Below, in pieces: positions 28,810-38,348 of a stretch of 45,047 nucleotides of DNA. Position numbers and translations under genes: made by a program. The stretch's first letter is position 1; every line of letters starts with the position of its first letter. This stretch comes from Promethearchaeota archaeon. GTDB lineage: Archaea; Asgardarchaeota; Lokiarchaeia; Sigyniarchaeales; SOKP01. Below the pieces are notes generated by a model, which saw nothing but the letters and a program-made list of their open reading frames with translations, had not been told where the DNA came from and did not search any database. The stretch is taken from positions 1 through 45,047 of the forward strand of contig JBHLNF010000020.1 of NCBI GenBank assembly GCA_048937405.1. The letters are read 5' to 3'.

Positions 28810-30138
28810 TTATAATTTATATCCACAAATAGAACACACTTTATGTTGAGAATCATTTTGACTTCCACATTGAGGACATATAAAAAAACTTGGTTTTCTT
28901 TTTGAATTAATATTTTGTTGTAGGATGACTTTTTCAGATTTGATTATATTATTTCTATCTCTTATAGTTTTGGTTTTAAAGGATGTTTGTGAACCCCTTT
29001 CATAAATGATCTTATCACCTTTCTTTTTAACTGTATATACTTTTCCAAAAAATCCCCCAATCCTTATAGTTTTACCTGGTCCTCCTTTAGATGCACTTAT
29101 TGGTTTTTCTGGAGGTTTTTCTATTTTTCTTTCTAAAGTTGGTTTAGGAATTGGTTTTTCTTTTTTAGTTACTAATTTTTGTAGATCTGCAAGTATTTCT
29201 TTTTCCATATATTCTTTTACGGTATTTACTTCTACTTCGCCCGACAATTCAATTATCTCATCTTCATCAATTTTTAAAAGAACATCACATGAAGGACAAC
29301 GTAGAATATTTGGAATTCCAATGTTATGATTTATTGTATAATTTGTAACGCAGCAATTATGAAAACTTTTATTACAATCTTCACAGATTAAAGGCATATC
29401 ATGAACATCCATACAAACAGGGCAAATTTCTTCATTACAAAAATAACACACTAAATTCATTTCATCAGATCTTTTCAATGATTTAGCTAAGTGATAGTAA
29501 AAGGTATAATCTTCTTTTGTTATTTCGATAAGATCAGGACGATCTGCAAAAGTAGTTACATACTGTTTACTTTTTACTAGTTTTTTAATAACATTAGAGA
29601 ATTCTTTTTTATCCTTAATATAAAAGATACCCCCCTTTGTATCACTAGCAAGCATGTTTAATTTTACATCATCACTAAAAAACCGTTGATTCTCTGCTGA
29701 TACTCTTATTATGTCTATAAAAGTCGGAAAGTTTTTGATTTTTGAAACCAGATTAAACAATGCCTCTTGATAGTCATCAGATAGATCGGAAGGAGTATCT
29801 GTAATAACAATAATTCTGTAAAATTTTGATTTTTTTCTTACAGTTTCAGCAATGTAAGAAAAAATGTAAAATAAGCCGTTTTCAAAAAAACTCTGTCCTT
29901 TAGGGCGATTTTTCCAATTTTCTTCAATAGAATTGGTAATAATTCCAGAATCTTTTTTATCAGTTATAAAGATTGGATTTCCTTCTTCTTGGAAAATAAG
30001 AAGTGAATAATGACCTTTCAAATTTGCTTTATTTTTTTCCTCTATATAATATTTGATTGTTTTGATGATTTCCTTTTTTTTTAGCAAATCCTTAGTTAAA
30101 TCCAAATAAAAATACACATCTTCATGTGAAATATTCAT
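28810..30138 (-). CDS. vWA-like domain + RING/PHD-like Cys/His finger + C-terminal zinc ribbon protein (paralogue B)
   Basis: VYFYLD, RIIVITD, IDIIRVS, LNMLASDTKGGIFY; CYFC-CPVC-CEDC-FHNCC-CPSC; basic Pro-rich linker; CPQC..CSIC; colinear with paralogue A. Confidence 0.75.
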   Translation of the reverse strand: MNISHEDVYFYLDLTKDLLKKKEIIKTIKYYIEEKNKANLKGHYSLLIFQEEGNPIFITDKKDSGIITNSIEENWKNRPKGQSFFENGLFYIFSYIAETVRKKSKFYRIIVITDTPSDLSDDYQEALFNLVSKIKNFPTFIDIIRVSAENQRFFSDDVKLNMLASDTKGGIFYIKDKKEFSNVIKKLVKSKQYVTTFADRPDLIEITKEDYTFYYHLAKSLKRSDEMNLVCYFCNEEICPVCMDVHDMPLICEDCNKSFHNCCVTNYTINHNIGIPNILRCPSCDVLLKIDEDEIIELSGEVEVNTVKEYMEKEILADLQKLVTKKEKPIPKPTLERKIEKPPEKPISASKGGPGKTIRIGGFFGKVYTVKKKGDKIIYERGSQTSFKTKTIRDRNNIIKSEKVILQQNINSKRKPSFFICPQCGSQNDSQHKVCSICGYKL

Positions 30139-30331
30139 TTTCTCCTCACAAGATTCTATTTTAGTTCTTTAAGTATCTCTAAAAGTATTAAATAACATAA
30201 TGAAATAACTTCCTTAAATATTTATTAGTATCGATATTTTTTAGATAAAATAAATATAATTAAAAATTCAAATGCTTTTATAATTTATATTAAATTGGAA
30301 CAATTATTTGTTAGAAGAAGGTGAAAAATAG

Positions 30332-32326
30332 ATGGACGACTTTTTGAAGAAACTAAAGCTTTCTGAATTCGCAAGAGAGATGTATCTTAAATCAATAAAT
30401 AGATTTCCCCTTTCCTTCTATGAATTATATTCGATAGTTCCTAAAGCCACCCTAGAAGAATTTAAGAAAAGTTTAAGTGAATTATTAGATGTAGGATTAA
30501 TTATTCAACAAACTTCAAAAGATCAAGAAACTGTTGCTCATTATTTAGCTCTACCCCCAATTTTTCCAATTTTAAACTATTATAATAACATTAATTCAAA
30601 TTTAGATAATATTAAAAACTCAATTCAAGAATTAATGATCAACGCAGTAAATGAAATTTTTAAAGAAAACAAGACGATAGAATTGGATTCTATTTTACAT
30701 ACGTTTCAAGAGATTAGAAAAGATATTAATGAAGATTCTATTATCCAGAAACAAGAAGCAGAAGATATTGTTGAGGGTATGGACGAATTAAAGGTAGTTA
30801 AACAAAACTTAACTATCTTTCATCAAAAAATTATTAGCATCACACAGTCCAAGTTTGCTGAGTTATTAAAAACTATAAACAATCTTGAGGTCGATATAAT
30901 TGAAAAAATTGAAGCAATGGAATTTAAAAAACACAAAGATGAAATTATTTCGGTTATCAAGCAGCAATTTAAGGAGAAATTAGATGAAATTATAAAAGTA
31001 TTTCCTAATACATTACAAGAATTAATTGAAAAAGAGTTAGATGATACTGGAAAACCAATTGAAAATTCTTCAGATTTAATAATCCAATACCAAAATGATT
31101 TTAAAATGCTGTTATTGAATCTATTAAGTAAATTTGAAACTGAAATGAATAAAATTAATGATTTTCTTATAGAGAATAATGAGAATCTCTTTGCCAAGAT
31201 GAAAAATCTAGAAATAAAAATAGCACAGAATTTAAATTCCATAATTCAAGATTCTCTTATTGAGGTTTCAAATCTTAATAAACCTATTGAATCTGTATTG
31301 AAGGATTATCTTCAAGAAATAAATAAAACTGATAGATTTCAATTTAACAAAATCAGGGCAATAAATAGTATCACAAAGATTAATGAATCAATCCAGCATC
31401 TTATAGAAAATTCCAAGAGTGACCTAATTATTATAATACCCTCTTTAGAAAATCATTTAGCAATTGAACAATTTGAGAAAAAAAATAGTGAATTAAAAAT
31501 TAAGATTGTATCTTCAGAAGCTCATACCAATAGTATAGTTAAAAAGCTCAAGAATATTAAGAATATCACATTTAAGAGCCATCAAAATGGAGATTTAATA
31601 ATTCTAAAAAGTGATAATAATACGCTTATAATAGGCGTAATTCAAGATTCAATCAATCCTCTAAATAATTTTGTTGGAGTAGAAACATCTTTTGATCCTC
31701 TAATTAAGTTATTGAATCCTATTATCCAAAATATATGGGAAGAAGCATATTCAGACACATTTCATGGTACTCAAATGGCAAAAACTCAATCTGGTGTTGC
31801 AACTACTACTACAAAATCAAGTGTCCCTATTAAACCTATCATTTCAAAACAAACAATTGGGCAATCAATAAACATCAAAAATAAGCAAACTGAACCAACA
31901 GTTAATATTTCAAATCAAATTCATAAAATCCCTGAAGTCAATTCAAGTTCTATAAAAACGCAACCTACTACAACCTCTAGCCCAACTTCAACCGCCCCTC
32001 TAATTACAGACTTAAAACAAAAATTGCAAGAGAAAATAGATTTTGTTTCTGTCGCTCAACCTAAAGCTGGTGATGAAGCGGGTGTTATAATAAATAATGC
32101 TTTTACAAATCTAATCAATAAATTAGATATTCTTAAAGGAGACCAATTTGGAAAAGAATTAGCAGAGATTGCTGATTTAATACTTGAAAAGAAAGGATTT
32201 TCAGTAACCCTACATAAAGTTAGAAGAATTATCAATAGATTCAAGGATAAACTTGTTCTATTAAATGATAGTGATAAAAAAGAAATTATAGAAGAAATCC
32301 AAGAATGGAAGAAGAAAATATTTTGA
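30332..32326 (+). CDS. TrmB-like winged-helix protein with long coiled-coil insertion
   Basis: N-terminal L..L.LSE....MY...L..L...GLI...YLALPP (TrmB HTH); ~250 aa heptad-rich helix; I..LIENSKSDLIIIIP (TrmB/PLD-like effector domain start); T/S/P-rich linker; helical C-terminal domain. Confidence 0.65.
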   Translation: MDDFLKKLKLSEFAREMYLKSINRFPLSFYELYSIVPKATLEEFKKSLSELLDVGLIIQQTSKDQETVAHYLALPPIFPILNYYNNINSNLDNIKNSIQELMINAVNEIFKENKTIELDSILHTFQEIRKDINEDSIIQKQEAEDIVEGMDELKVVKQNLTIFHQKIISITQSKFAELLKTINNLEVDIIEKIEAMEFKKHKDEIISVIKQQFKEKLDEIIKVFPNTLQELIEKELDDTGKPIENSSDLIIQYQNDFKMLLLNLLSKFETEMNKINDFLIENNENLFAKMKNLEIKIAQNLNSIIQDSLIEVSNLNKPIESVLKDYLQEINKTDRFQFNKIRAINSITKINESIQHLIENSKSDLIIIIPSLENHLAIEQFEKKNSELKIKIVSSEAHTNSIVKKLKNIKNITFKSHQNGDLIILKSDNNTLIIGVIQDSINPLNNFVGVETSFDPLIKLLNPIIQNIWEEAYSDTFHGTQMAKTQSGVATTTTKSSVPIKPIISKQTIGQSINIKNKQTEPTVNISNQIHKIPEVNSSSIKTQPTTTSSPTSTAPLITDLKQKLQEKIDFVSVAQPKAGDEAGVIINNAFTNLINKLDILKGDQFGKELAEIADLILEKKGFSVTLHKVRRIINRFKDKLVLLNDSDKKEIIEEIQEWKKKIF

Positions 32327-32383
32327 TTTATTTGAAGAGGTTGTCAGTTTCTTATCAAAACCTTAAAATAAATATTAAGATGG

Positions 32384-33154
32384 CTATTTTTCCTTTCTTT
32401 CTTTAATAAAATATAATATGAAACCTCTTAGTATTAGAAGAAATGATAAGATGAAAGCTCCTAAAAAGAAAATAGATGCAATGCTAGATACTATAAAGTT
32501 TGGTGAACTTATGCCAATTACTCCAAAAATTGGACAAAGAGGAGCAAAGATAATAAATACAATGTAAACTGTTTTATCTTTTTCTTCAAAATTAATATAA
32601 GTTGTGATATTAAACCACCCAATTATAATTAAGAAAATAGGTATTAAAAATGATGAGAGATCCAAAAATGGCAAGTTAATATCACCCTTAGCAAGCACGT
32701 AAAAGAAATTAGTATAGAAAAAAGTTATTAACATTAATGCACTTATAGGTGTTGGAACTCCTGTATATCCCGGATTTTTTGATATATTAAACCGTGCTAA
32801 TCGGAGAATTGCTCCAAATGCAAAACAAATTGCCCCGATTATAATGAATAAATCAAATAGAGTTTCTGTTTTGAAAGATTGGTAAGTCAATATTGCTGGT
32901 ACTACGCCAAAGGTCAAGGAATCACTTAAAGAATCTAACTCTCTACCAATCTCATTTAAAGTTTCAGTTTTTCGAGCAATATATCCATCAATTAAATCAG
33001 TTCCAAGAGTAATTGAAATTAGGAAAAATCCTAATGAAAGTAATTCTCGAGAACCTAAAGTTGCACAAATTAAAGCTATAATCCCTAAAGTAGTTCCTAT
33101 TAAAGTTATATAATCCTTTAATTTAAGTAATTTCGGAATACTCTCACTTGACAT
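32384..33154 (-). CDS. pssA: CDP-alcohol phosphatidyltransferase, PssA/archaetidylserine synthase-like
   Basis: DLIDGYIARK...GRELDSLSDSLTFGVVPA; LRLARFN...GVPTP typical of class II PssA. Confidence 0.8.
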   Translation of the reverse strand: MSSESIPKLLKLKDYITLIGTTLGIIALICATLGSRELLSLGFFLISITLGTDLIDGYIARKTETLNEIGRELDSLSDSLTFGVVPAILTYQSFKTETLFDLFIIIGAICFAFGAILRLARFNISKNPGYTGVPTPISALMLITFFYTNFFYVLAKGDINLPFLDLSSFLIPIFLIIIGWFNITTYINFEEKDKTVYIVFIIFAPLCPIFGVIGISSPNFIVSSIASIFFLGAFILSFLLILRGFILYFIKERKEK

Positions 33155-33314
33155 AGTGCTTATTTAACCATTTTTTATTATTAATAATTAAAGCTTATTA
33201 AATTAAAAGCTTTTTATGACGATATATTAATCATAAATTCTATCCGAAAGTTTATTAGATGAATTAATTATTCTTTTCATAAAATAATTATAAAATAAAA
33301 AAGGGAAACACCAA

Positions 33315-34016
33315 ATGTTTTGTCAGAACTGTGGTGAAGAAATTAAAGATTCCTCACAAAATTTCTGTGAAAAATGTGGGTCACCAATACCAGATAGTGT
33401 CAGACAGAGTGTAACTACTAGCTCACCAACATCAACAGCACCATCAAGTCAACAATCTTATCATCAGCCGGGGAGTTTATTTGATATTAATCGAAATTAT
33501 TATATCTTGAAAGAAAAATATTGGGATTGGGGTTCTGGAGATATTTTAGATGAAAATAACCAGATCATAGGGCGAATGAAAAGAGTAATCCTAAGCATTA
33601 GACGTAGAGTTGAATTACGAGAAGTTGATGGAACTGTATCAGCTACTATTCATGCTAAAATTGTATCTGCACGTGGAGCTCAAGATTTAAAAGACCCTCA
33701 GGGGAATTTAATAGCCCGAATTAAGAAGAAGATCCTTTCATTTTTCAGACCTGTATTTTATCTTGAAGATCCTGAAGGTAATCAATGGTTCCGTGCTCAA
33801 GGAAAATTCATGGGATTTAGTTTTAAGGTTTATGATGTAACTACTGGAAATGTTGTCGCAGAAATTGAAAAAGCAGATAAATGGAGAGATCTCTTTCTCG
33901 GAGGTCTTTTAGATTTTAAAGATACTTATGCTCTAAGAATACTTGATAATGAAACAGATAGAAGAATTCTTGTGGGATTTGTACTTTCAATTGATAATGT
34001 TCTTCATGATTATTAA
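33315..34016 (+). CDS. Zinc-ribbon + LURP-one-related/scramblase (tubby C-terminal-like) protein
   Basis: MFCQNCG...FCEKCG; S/T/P linker; YILKEK, IKKKILS, VAEIEK..W, DTYALRI, terminal helix ILVGFVLSID. Confidence 0.8.
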   Translation: MFCQNCGEEIKDSSQNFCEKCGSPIPDSVRQSVTTSSPTSTAPSSQQSYHQPGSLFDINRNYYILKEKYWDWGSGDILDENNQIIGRMKRVILSIRRRVELREVDGTVSATIHAKIVSARGAQDLKDPQGNLIARIKKKILSFFRPVFYLEDPEGNQWFRAQGKFMGFSFKVYDVTTGNVVAEIEKADKWRDLFLGGLLDFKDTYALRILDNETDRRILVGFVLSIDNVLHDY

Positions 34017-34220
34017 TTTATTATTTTTTTAATGTAGAATTAGTATGAGTTCAAAAAGGTATTTCATAGTCTTTTTAAAAAAATAAATTTAAAATAATTT
34101 AATTTATATCTTTTTTAAAATAAGTAAATTTGAAAAGAAAAATCAAATATTTTTTTGATAATCTTTATAATTCACTATAAAATTTAGAAAAATATTATTT
34201 ATTTTACCCCCTGAACGAAA

Positions 34221-35306
34221 ATGACTGAATATGAATCATTTATGGTATATGAACTTGATGATTCTGGAGAAAAAATGCGATTAGATCTTGAACAAGAACA
34301 CCTTGAAGCAAATTTACATCCAGAACAAGTCCTTGTAATTATTAGGGAAGATTTAAGAAGAATTTTTATTTGGAAAGGTCCAAAATCACCAGTTCGAAAA
34401 CGATTTATTAGTTCAAGGGTAGCTCAAACACTTCAAGAAGAGTTAATGAAAGATGCGAGATACCATCGCTGTAAAATTGTGTCTGTAGATGCAGGAGATG
34501 AACCTGCAGAATTCTTAAATGCTTTTAAGTTGCAATCAATGGAAGTTACTGAACGTTTAGCAGACATGCGATACGTTCGAAATATTGAACGTGAAAGAGG
34601 TGTTGAAGCTACCATTATGGATGTTTCTCCTAAAACTACTGAATCACCACCGGAGGAAGAATATTTTTCACCAGTATTACAAGATACTAGTAATGAAGTA
34701 GTTGTATCATCATTTTCAGCAACTTCTCCAAAACCAAGTATTAACTCTCAAAAACCATCAATAACAAAACCGACAAGAGGGTCTAAATCCATAGAACTAT
34801 CAAAAGAACATCAAAAAACAATTAAAGAAAAAATTCTTAAAGAAAAAGTTTCTGATGATTATAAAAGATTGAATTTAATATTGGGACATACTCTTTATGC
34901 TGCGGTTTCTAAAATTGCGACTGTTTTTGGAAAAGAAGTCGAAGAAACTGATTGGGAACCTGTTAAGAACGTTCCAAAAAGAATGATTGAATTAGATAAT
35001 CATATATTAAGAGTATACTTTAACGAAGAAAAAGGAATTGTTGAAGCTGTTGAAATTTTAGAAAAAAAAACAACTCCACAAAAAACTTTACAAAAATCTG
35101 CTGTAAAAAAATCAACTACTCAAAAAGAAACAATTGATTTTAATTCAATGACGGTGAAAGATCTCAAAACTTATGCTGATGAAAAGAATATAGATTTACC
35201 TGCAAATGCAAGGAAATCTGATATAATTGAAGTTTTGGAGAAATCCACAGAGAAAAAATCCAGTACTCATAGGCAATTACCTAAAATTCCTAGTAATAAT
35301 GATTAG
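34221..35306 (+). CDS. Gelsolin-like domain protein with C-terminal SAP/Rho_N-like helix-extension-helix module
   Basis: LHPEQVLVI...IFIWKGPKSP..KRF...VDAGDEPAEFLNAF (gelsolin repeat); FNSMTVKDLKTYADEKNIDLPANARKSDIIEVL from aa 307. Confidence 0.8.
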   Translation: MTEYESFMVYELDDSGEKMRLDLEQEHLEANLHPEQVLVIIREDLRRIFIWKGPKSPVRKRFISSRVAQTLQEELMKDARYHRCKIVSVDAGDEPAEFLNAFKLQSMEVTERLADMRYVRNIERERGVEATIMDVSPKTTESPPEEEYFSPVLQDTSNEVVVSSFSATSPKPSINSQKPSITKPTRGSKSIELSKEHQKTIKEKILKEKVSDDYKRLNLILGHTLYAAVSKIATVFGKEVEETDWEPVKNVPKRMIELDNHILRVYFNEEKGIVEAVEILEKKTTPQKTLQKSAVKKSTTQKETIDFNSMTVKDLKTYADEKNIDLPANARKSDIIEVLEKSTEKKSSTHRQLPKIPSNND

Positions 35307-35428
35307 ATTCTGCTTTCTAATTAATTAAAATACCAATCAATTTAATTATATTACTATTTTATTTAGCAATTTATTAAAAGAGAGAAAAATTTGGTTTTTT
35401 TTAAAATAAATTGGAATTATTTCCATTT

Positions 35429-36055
35429 CTAAAATTTTGAATTGAATGTATCTTCGCTATAATCATCTGAATCAGATAATTTCTCTCCGTAATATTCTTT
35501 TTCTTCTGGTTCTTTTCTACTTTCCCGACTTTCTGGCTTTCCCTCATTTAGATTGTTAGGCTTAATCTTCTTTTTAATTTTTTTCAATCCTTCTATTGCT
35601 TCTTTCCGAACCAAAGCACTTTCATCTTTAAGTGCTTTTGTTAATATTTCGAGGCTATATGGATGATGGAGGTCTCCCAATTCATCTGCGGCTTCTCTTC
35701 TTACATTTTCATCTGGATCATTAAGAAGAACATATGTTAAAACCCCCAATACTTTTTTGTCTCCAAAACTACCTAAAGTATCAACAGCTTCCATTCTTAC
35801 TCCTGGATCAGGATCGGTTATAGCGGTAGTAGCTAAATGTTTTGAAATATCATCTTTTCCAATAGGTTCTATCATACTTAAATCAACTCCGCAATACTTA
35901 CAGTAATTATGAGATATTTTAATATCCCGACCACATGCAGGACAAATTCTACGAGTGTCAAAATCAATAATACTTGTTTTTAGAGGAGATGGAGTTGATT
36001 TTACTCTGTATGGGTTTTCATCTCGCATTGGTTTAAAAATCTTTTTACTTCCCAT
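35429..36055 (-). CDS. Zinc-ribbon + HEAT (PBS lyase-like) repeat protein
   Basis: CPACG...YCKYCG; three DP/DE..VR.EA...LG/LK repeats. Confidence 0.85.
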   Translation of the reverse strand: MGSKKIFKPMRDENPYRVKSTPSPLKTSIIDFDTRRICPACGRDIKISHNYCKYCGVDLSMIEPIGKDDISKHLATTAITDPDPGVRMEAVDTLGSFGDKKVLGVLTYVLLNDPDENVRREAADELGDLHHPYSLEILTKALKDESALVRKEAIEGLKKIKKKIKPNNLNEGKPESRESRKEPEEKEYYGEKLSDSDDYSEDTFNSKF

Positions 36056-36159
36056 TATTCACTCATGAAAAAATTTATTCTTAAGTATGAGTAAAAAATT
36101 CTTCTTTTTATTTTTGATCCCTTAAAAAAAATATATAAAAAAAAAGAATATGTTTTTTA

Positions 36160-37221
36160 TTAAGCTATAGTAATATTATTATCTAAATACACATCTTGTA
36201 CAGCATTAAGGATTTTAATACCTTCTGGTGTAGGTTTCTTGAATGCTTTTCTTCCGAGTATGAGCCCCATACCGCCAGATCGTTTATTTATAACAGCCGC
36301 TCTTATTGCATCTTGAAGATCATTGCCTCCAGCTTCTCCTCCTGAATTAATTAACCCTGCTCGTCCCATGAAGCAATTTGCAACTTGATAACGGTTCCAT
36401 TCAATTGGGTGATCTGGTGCTAATTTTTCATAAACTAGTTTATCTGTTTTACTATAGTTTAAATCTAGAAATCCTCGATCTAATGTAGCTAGCTTTTGTT
36501 TTATGATATCTGCTTCAATTGTAACTCCAAGATAATTAGCTTGACTTTCCATATCATTTGCTGTGTGATAATCTTTTCCATTTTTTATGAATTCTTCTGA
36601 ATTTCTTAAATAACACCAAAGAACACATACCATCCCTAACTCATGAGCGTACTTAAACGATTCACTGATTTCTTGGATTTGTCGTCTTGAATTGACCGAA
36701 CCAAAATAAATTGTTGCACCTACTGCTGCGGCCCCCATATCCCATGCTTGATCAACATTTGCAAATAATGTCTGATCTGCTAAGTTCGGTTTAGTAAGTA
36801 ACTCATTATGATTAATTTTTACAATAAAAGGGATTTTATGAGCATATTTTCTTGAAACGGATCCCAAAACACCAAGTGTGGATGCGACAGCATTACATCC
36901 ACCATCTATTGCAAGTTTGATAATATTTTCGGGATCAAAATATGAAGGATTTACAGCAAAACTTGCTGAAGCCGTGTGCTCAATTCCTTGATCTACGGGT
37001 AATACTGAAAGATATCCTGTGCCTGCTAATCTACCAGTTTGATTAAACAATCGATTCATATTATTTAACACCAGATTATTTCTATCTGAATGAACAACAA
37101 CACGATCAATAAAATCTGGCCCAGGAAGATGAAGCTTTTCCTTTTGAATTCCAATACACTTATGATTTAATAAATCGTCTGCATCTTTCCCTAAAATCTG
37201 TTTTATTTCTTCTAAATCCAT
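36160..37221 (-). CDS. fbaB: Class I fructose-bisphosphate aldolase, DhnA/FbaB type
   Basis: [49 protein letters not shown] (Schiff-base Lys), GLINSGG, GRKAF. Confidence 0.93.
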   Translation of the reverse strand: MDLEEIKQILGKDADDLLNHKCIGIQKEKLHLPGPDFIDRVVVHSDRNNLVLNNMNRLFNQTGRLAGTGYLSVLPVDQGIEHTASASFAVNPSYFDPENIIKLAIDGGCNAVASTLGVLGSVSRKYAHKIPFIVKINHNELLTKPNLADQTLFANVDQAWDMGAAAVGATIYFGSVNSRRQIQEISESFKYAHELGMVCVLWCYLRNSEEFIKNGKDYHTANDMESQANYLGVTIEADIIKQKLATLDRGFLDLNYSKTDKLVYEKLAPDHPIEWNRYQVANCFMGRAGLINSGGEAGGNDLQDAIRAAVINKRSGGMGLILGRKAFKKPTPEGIKILNAVQDVYLDNNITIA

Positions 37222-37468
37222 TTTTTTTCATCAATTTTGCATTAATATTAAAATTAATGAAGAAATAAGAGTCTTAAAATAAAATATTTTACTTTTACTT
37301 TCTCTGAAAGACTATAATTTTTAGAGAAGAAATTCTAAATAAAAATAATATTTATTTATTCAAAATAAGGATAACTAATAAAAAACTCTTTTAATAATTC
37401 AAAAATAAGAGATTAAAATAATCTACTCCAAACATTAAGTTTTTCTTTAAGTATTCTTTTTCTTAAAT

Positions 37469-37807
37469 ATGCCTGATGAGTTTGATTTCAATAACTATAA
37501 ATCAATGGAGGATTACAGTAAAACTGTCGAAGGAACAAATTATTTACATTCATTATATTTAAGAGCTGTTAATAATCCGGTACGTCGGGAGATTTTAACA
37601 ATAATTAATAATTTAAAACGTATTTCAAGAGAGGATCTATTGAGTCGACTTCTTACTGAGAAAATAATCGAGGATGAAACTATGTTTGATTATAATATCG
37701 ACTATTTAATTAAAGCTTTTTGTATTAATTCTGTAAAAGATGAAATTAATGAGGAAGTATTTTATGAAATTACTCAAAGTGGTAAGGTAATTGAGTATTT
37801 AGGTTAA
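37469..37807 (+). CDS. ArsR-like winged-helix protein
   Basis: RAVNNPVRREIL...Y.IDYLIKA...YEITQSG. Confidence 0.65.
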   Translation: MPDEFDFNNYKSMEDYSKTVEGTNYLHSLYLRAVNNPVRREILTIINNLKRISREDLLSRLLTEKIIEDETMFDYNIDYLIKAFCINSVKDEINEEVFYEITQSGKVIEYLG

Positions 37808-37823
37808 ATTTTAATAAATTAAG

Positions 37824-38279
37824 TCATTCTTCATAGAACTCCTTATAACAATTACAGCAAGGAATACCTAACTGGAGGTTAAATTTATTTAATTTTGCGC
37901 TATTTATCGTCATTAATCTTAGTAATTCCCTTACTATTATTTCTTTATCCTTATCAAAATAGGCACGTTTTAAATTAAAAAAGTGGTTCAAATTTCCACA
38001 AATAGGGCATTTTGAATAGAATTTAATAAAATTATGAAATATTTGTTTTTCCGTTTTAGGTAAAGCTTTTAACTTTAAATCTGGATTATTCTTGATTATA
38101 TTCCTCAGATTAGTTAATTCATTTAACATTTCATCTCTTAGAAAGTTTGATCTTTGATCTCTTATTTCTAATGAACCTATATTTTCTTCAATGATAATTT
38201 CTGAAGTATCAAATTTATCTATATATTCTATCGCTTCATTAAAGAATCTTAAAGGTTTATTTTCCAATTTTCTACTCAT
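37824..38279 (-). CDS. Hypothetical zinc-binding protein
   Basis: CPICG and PCCNC pairs; ORF fills the intergenic space co-oriented with the upstream gene. Confidence 0.7.
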   Translation of the reverse strand: MSRKLENKPLRFFNEAIEYIDKFDTSEIIIEENIGSLEIRDQRSNFLRDEMLNELTNLRNIIKNNPDLKLKALPKTEKQIFHNFIKFYSKCPICGNLNHFFNLKRAYFDKDKEIIVRELLRLMTINSAKLNKFNLQLGIPCCNCYKEFYEE

Positions 38280-38348
38280 AAAAATAATAAAAGAATTGTT
38301 TTGAGTTGTATCAAGAATATTATTAGTTAATTTCGCTAAAAAATTTTA

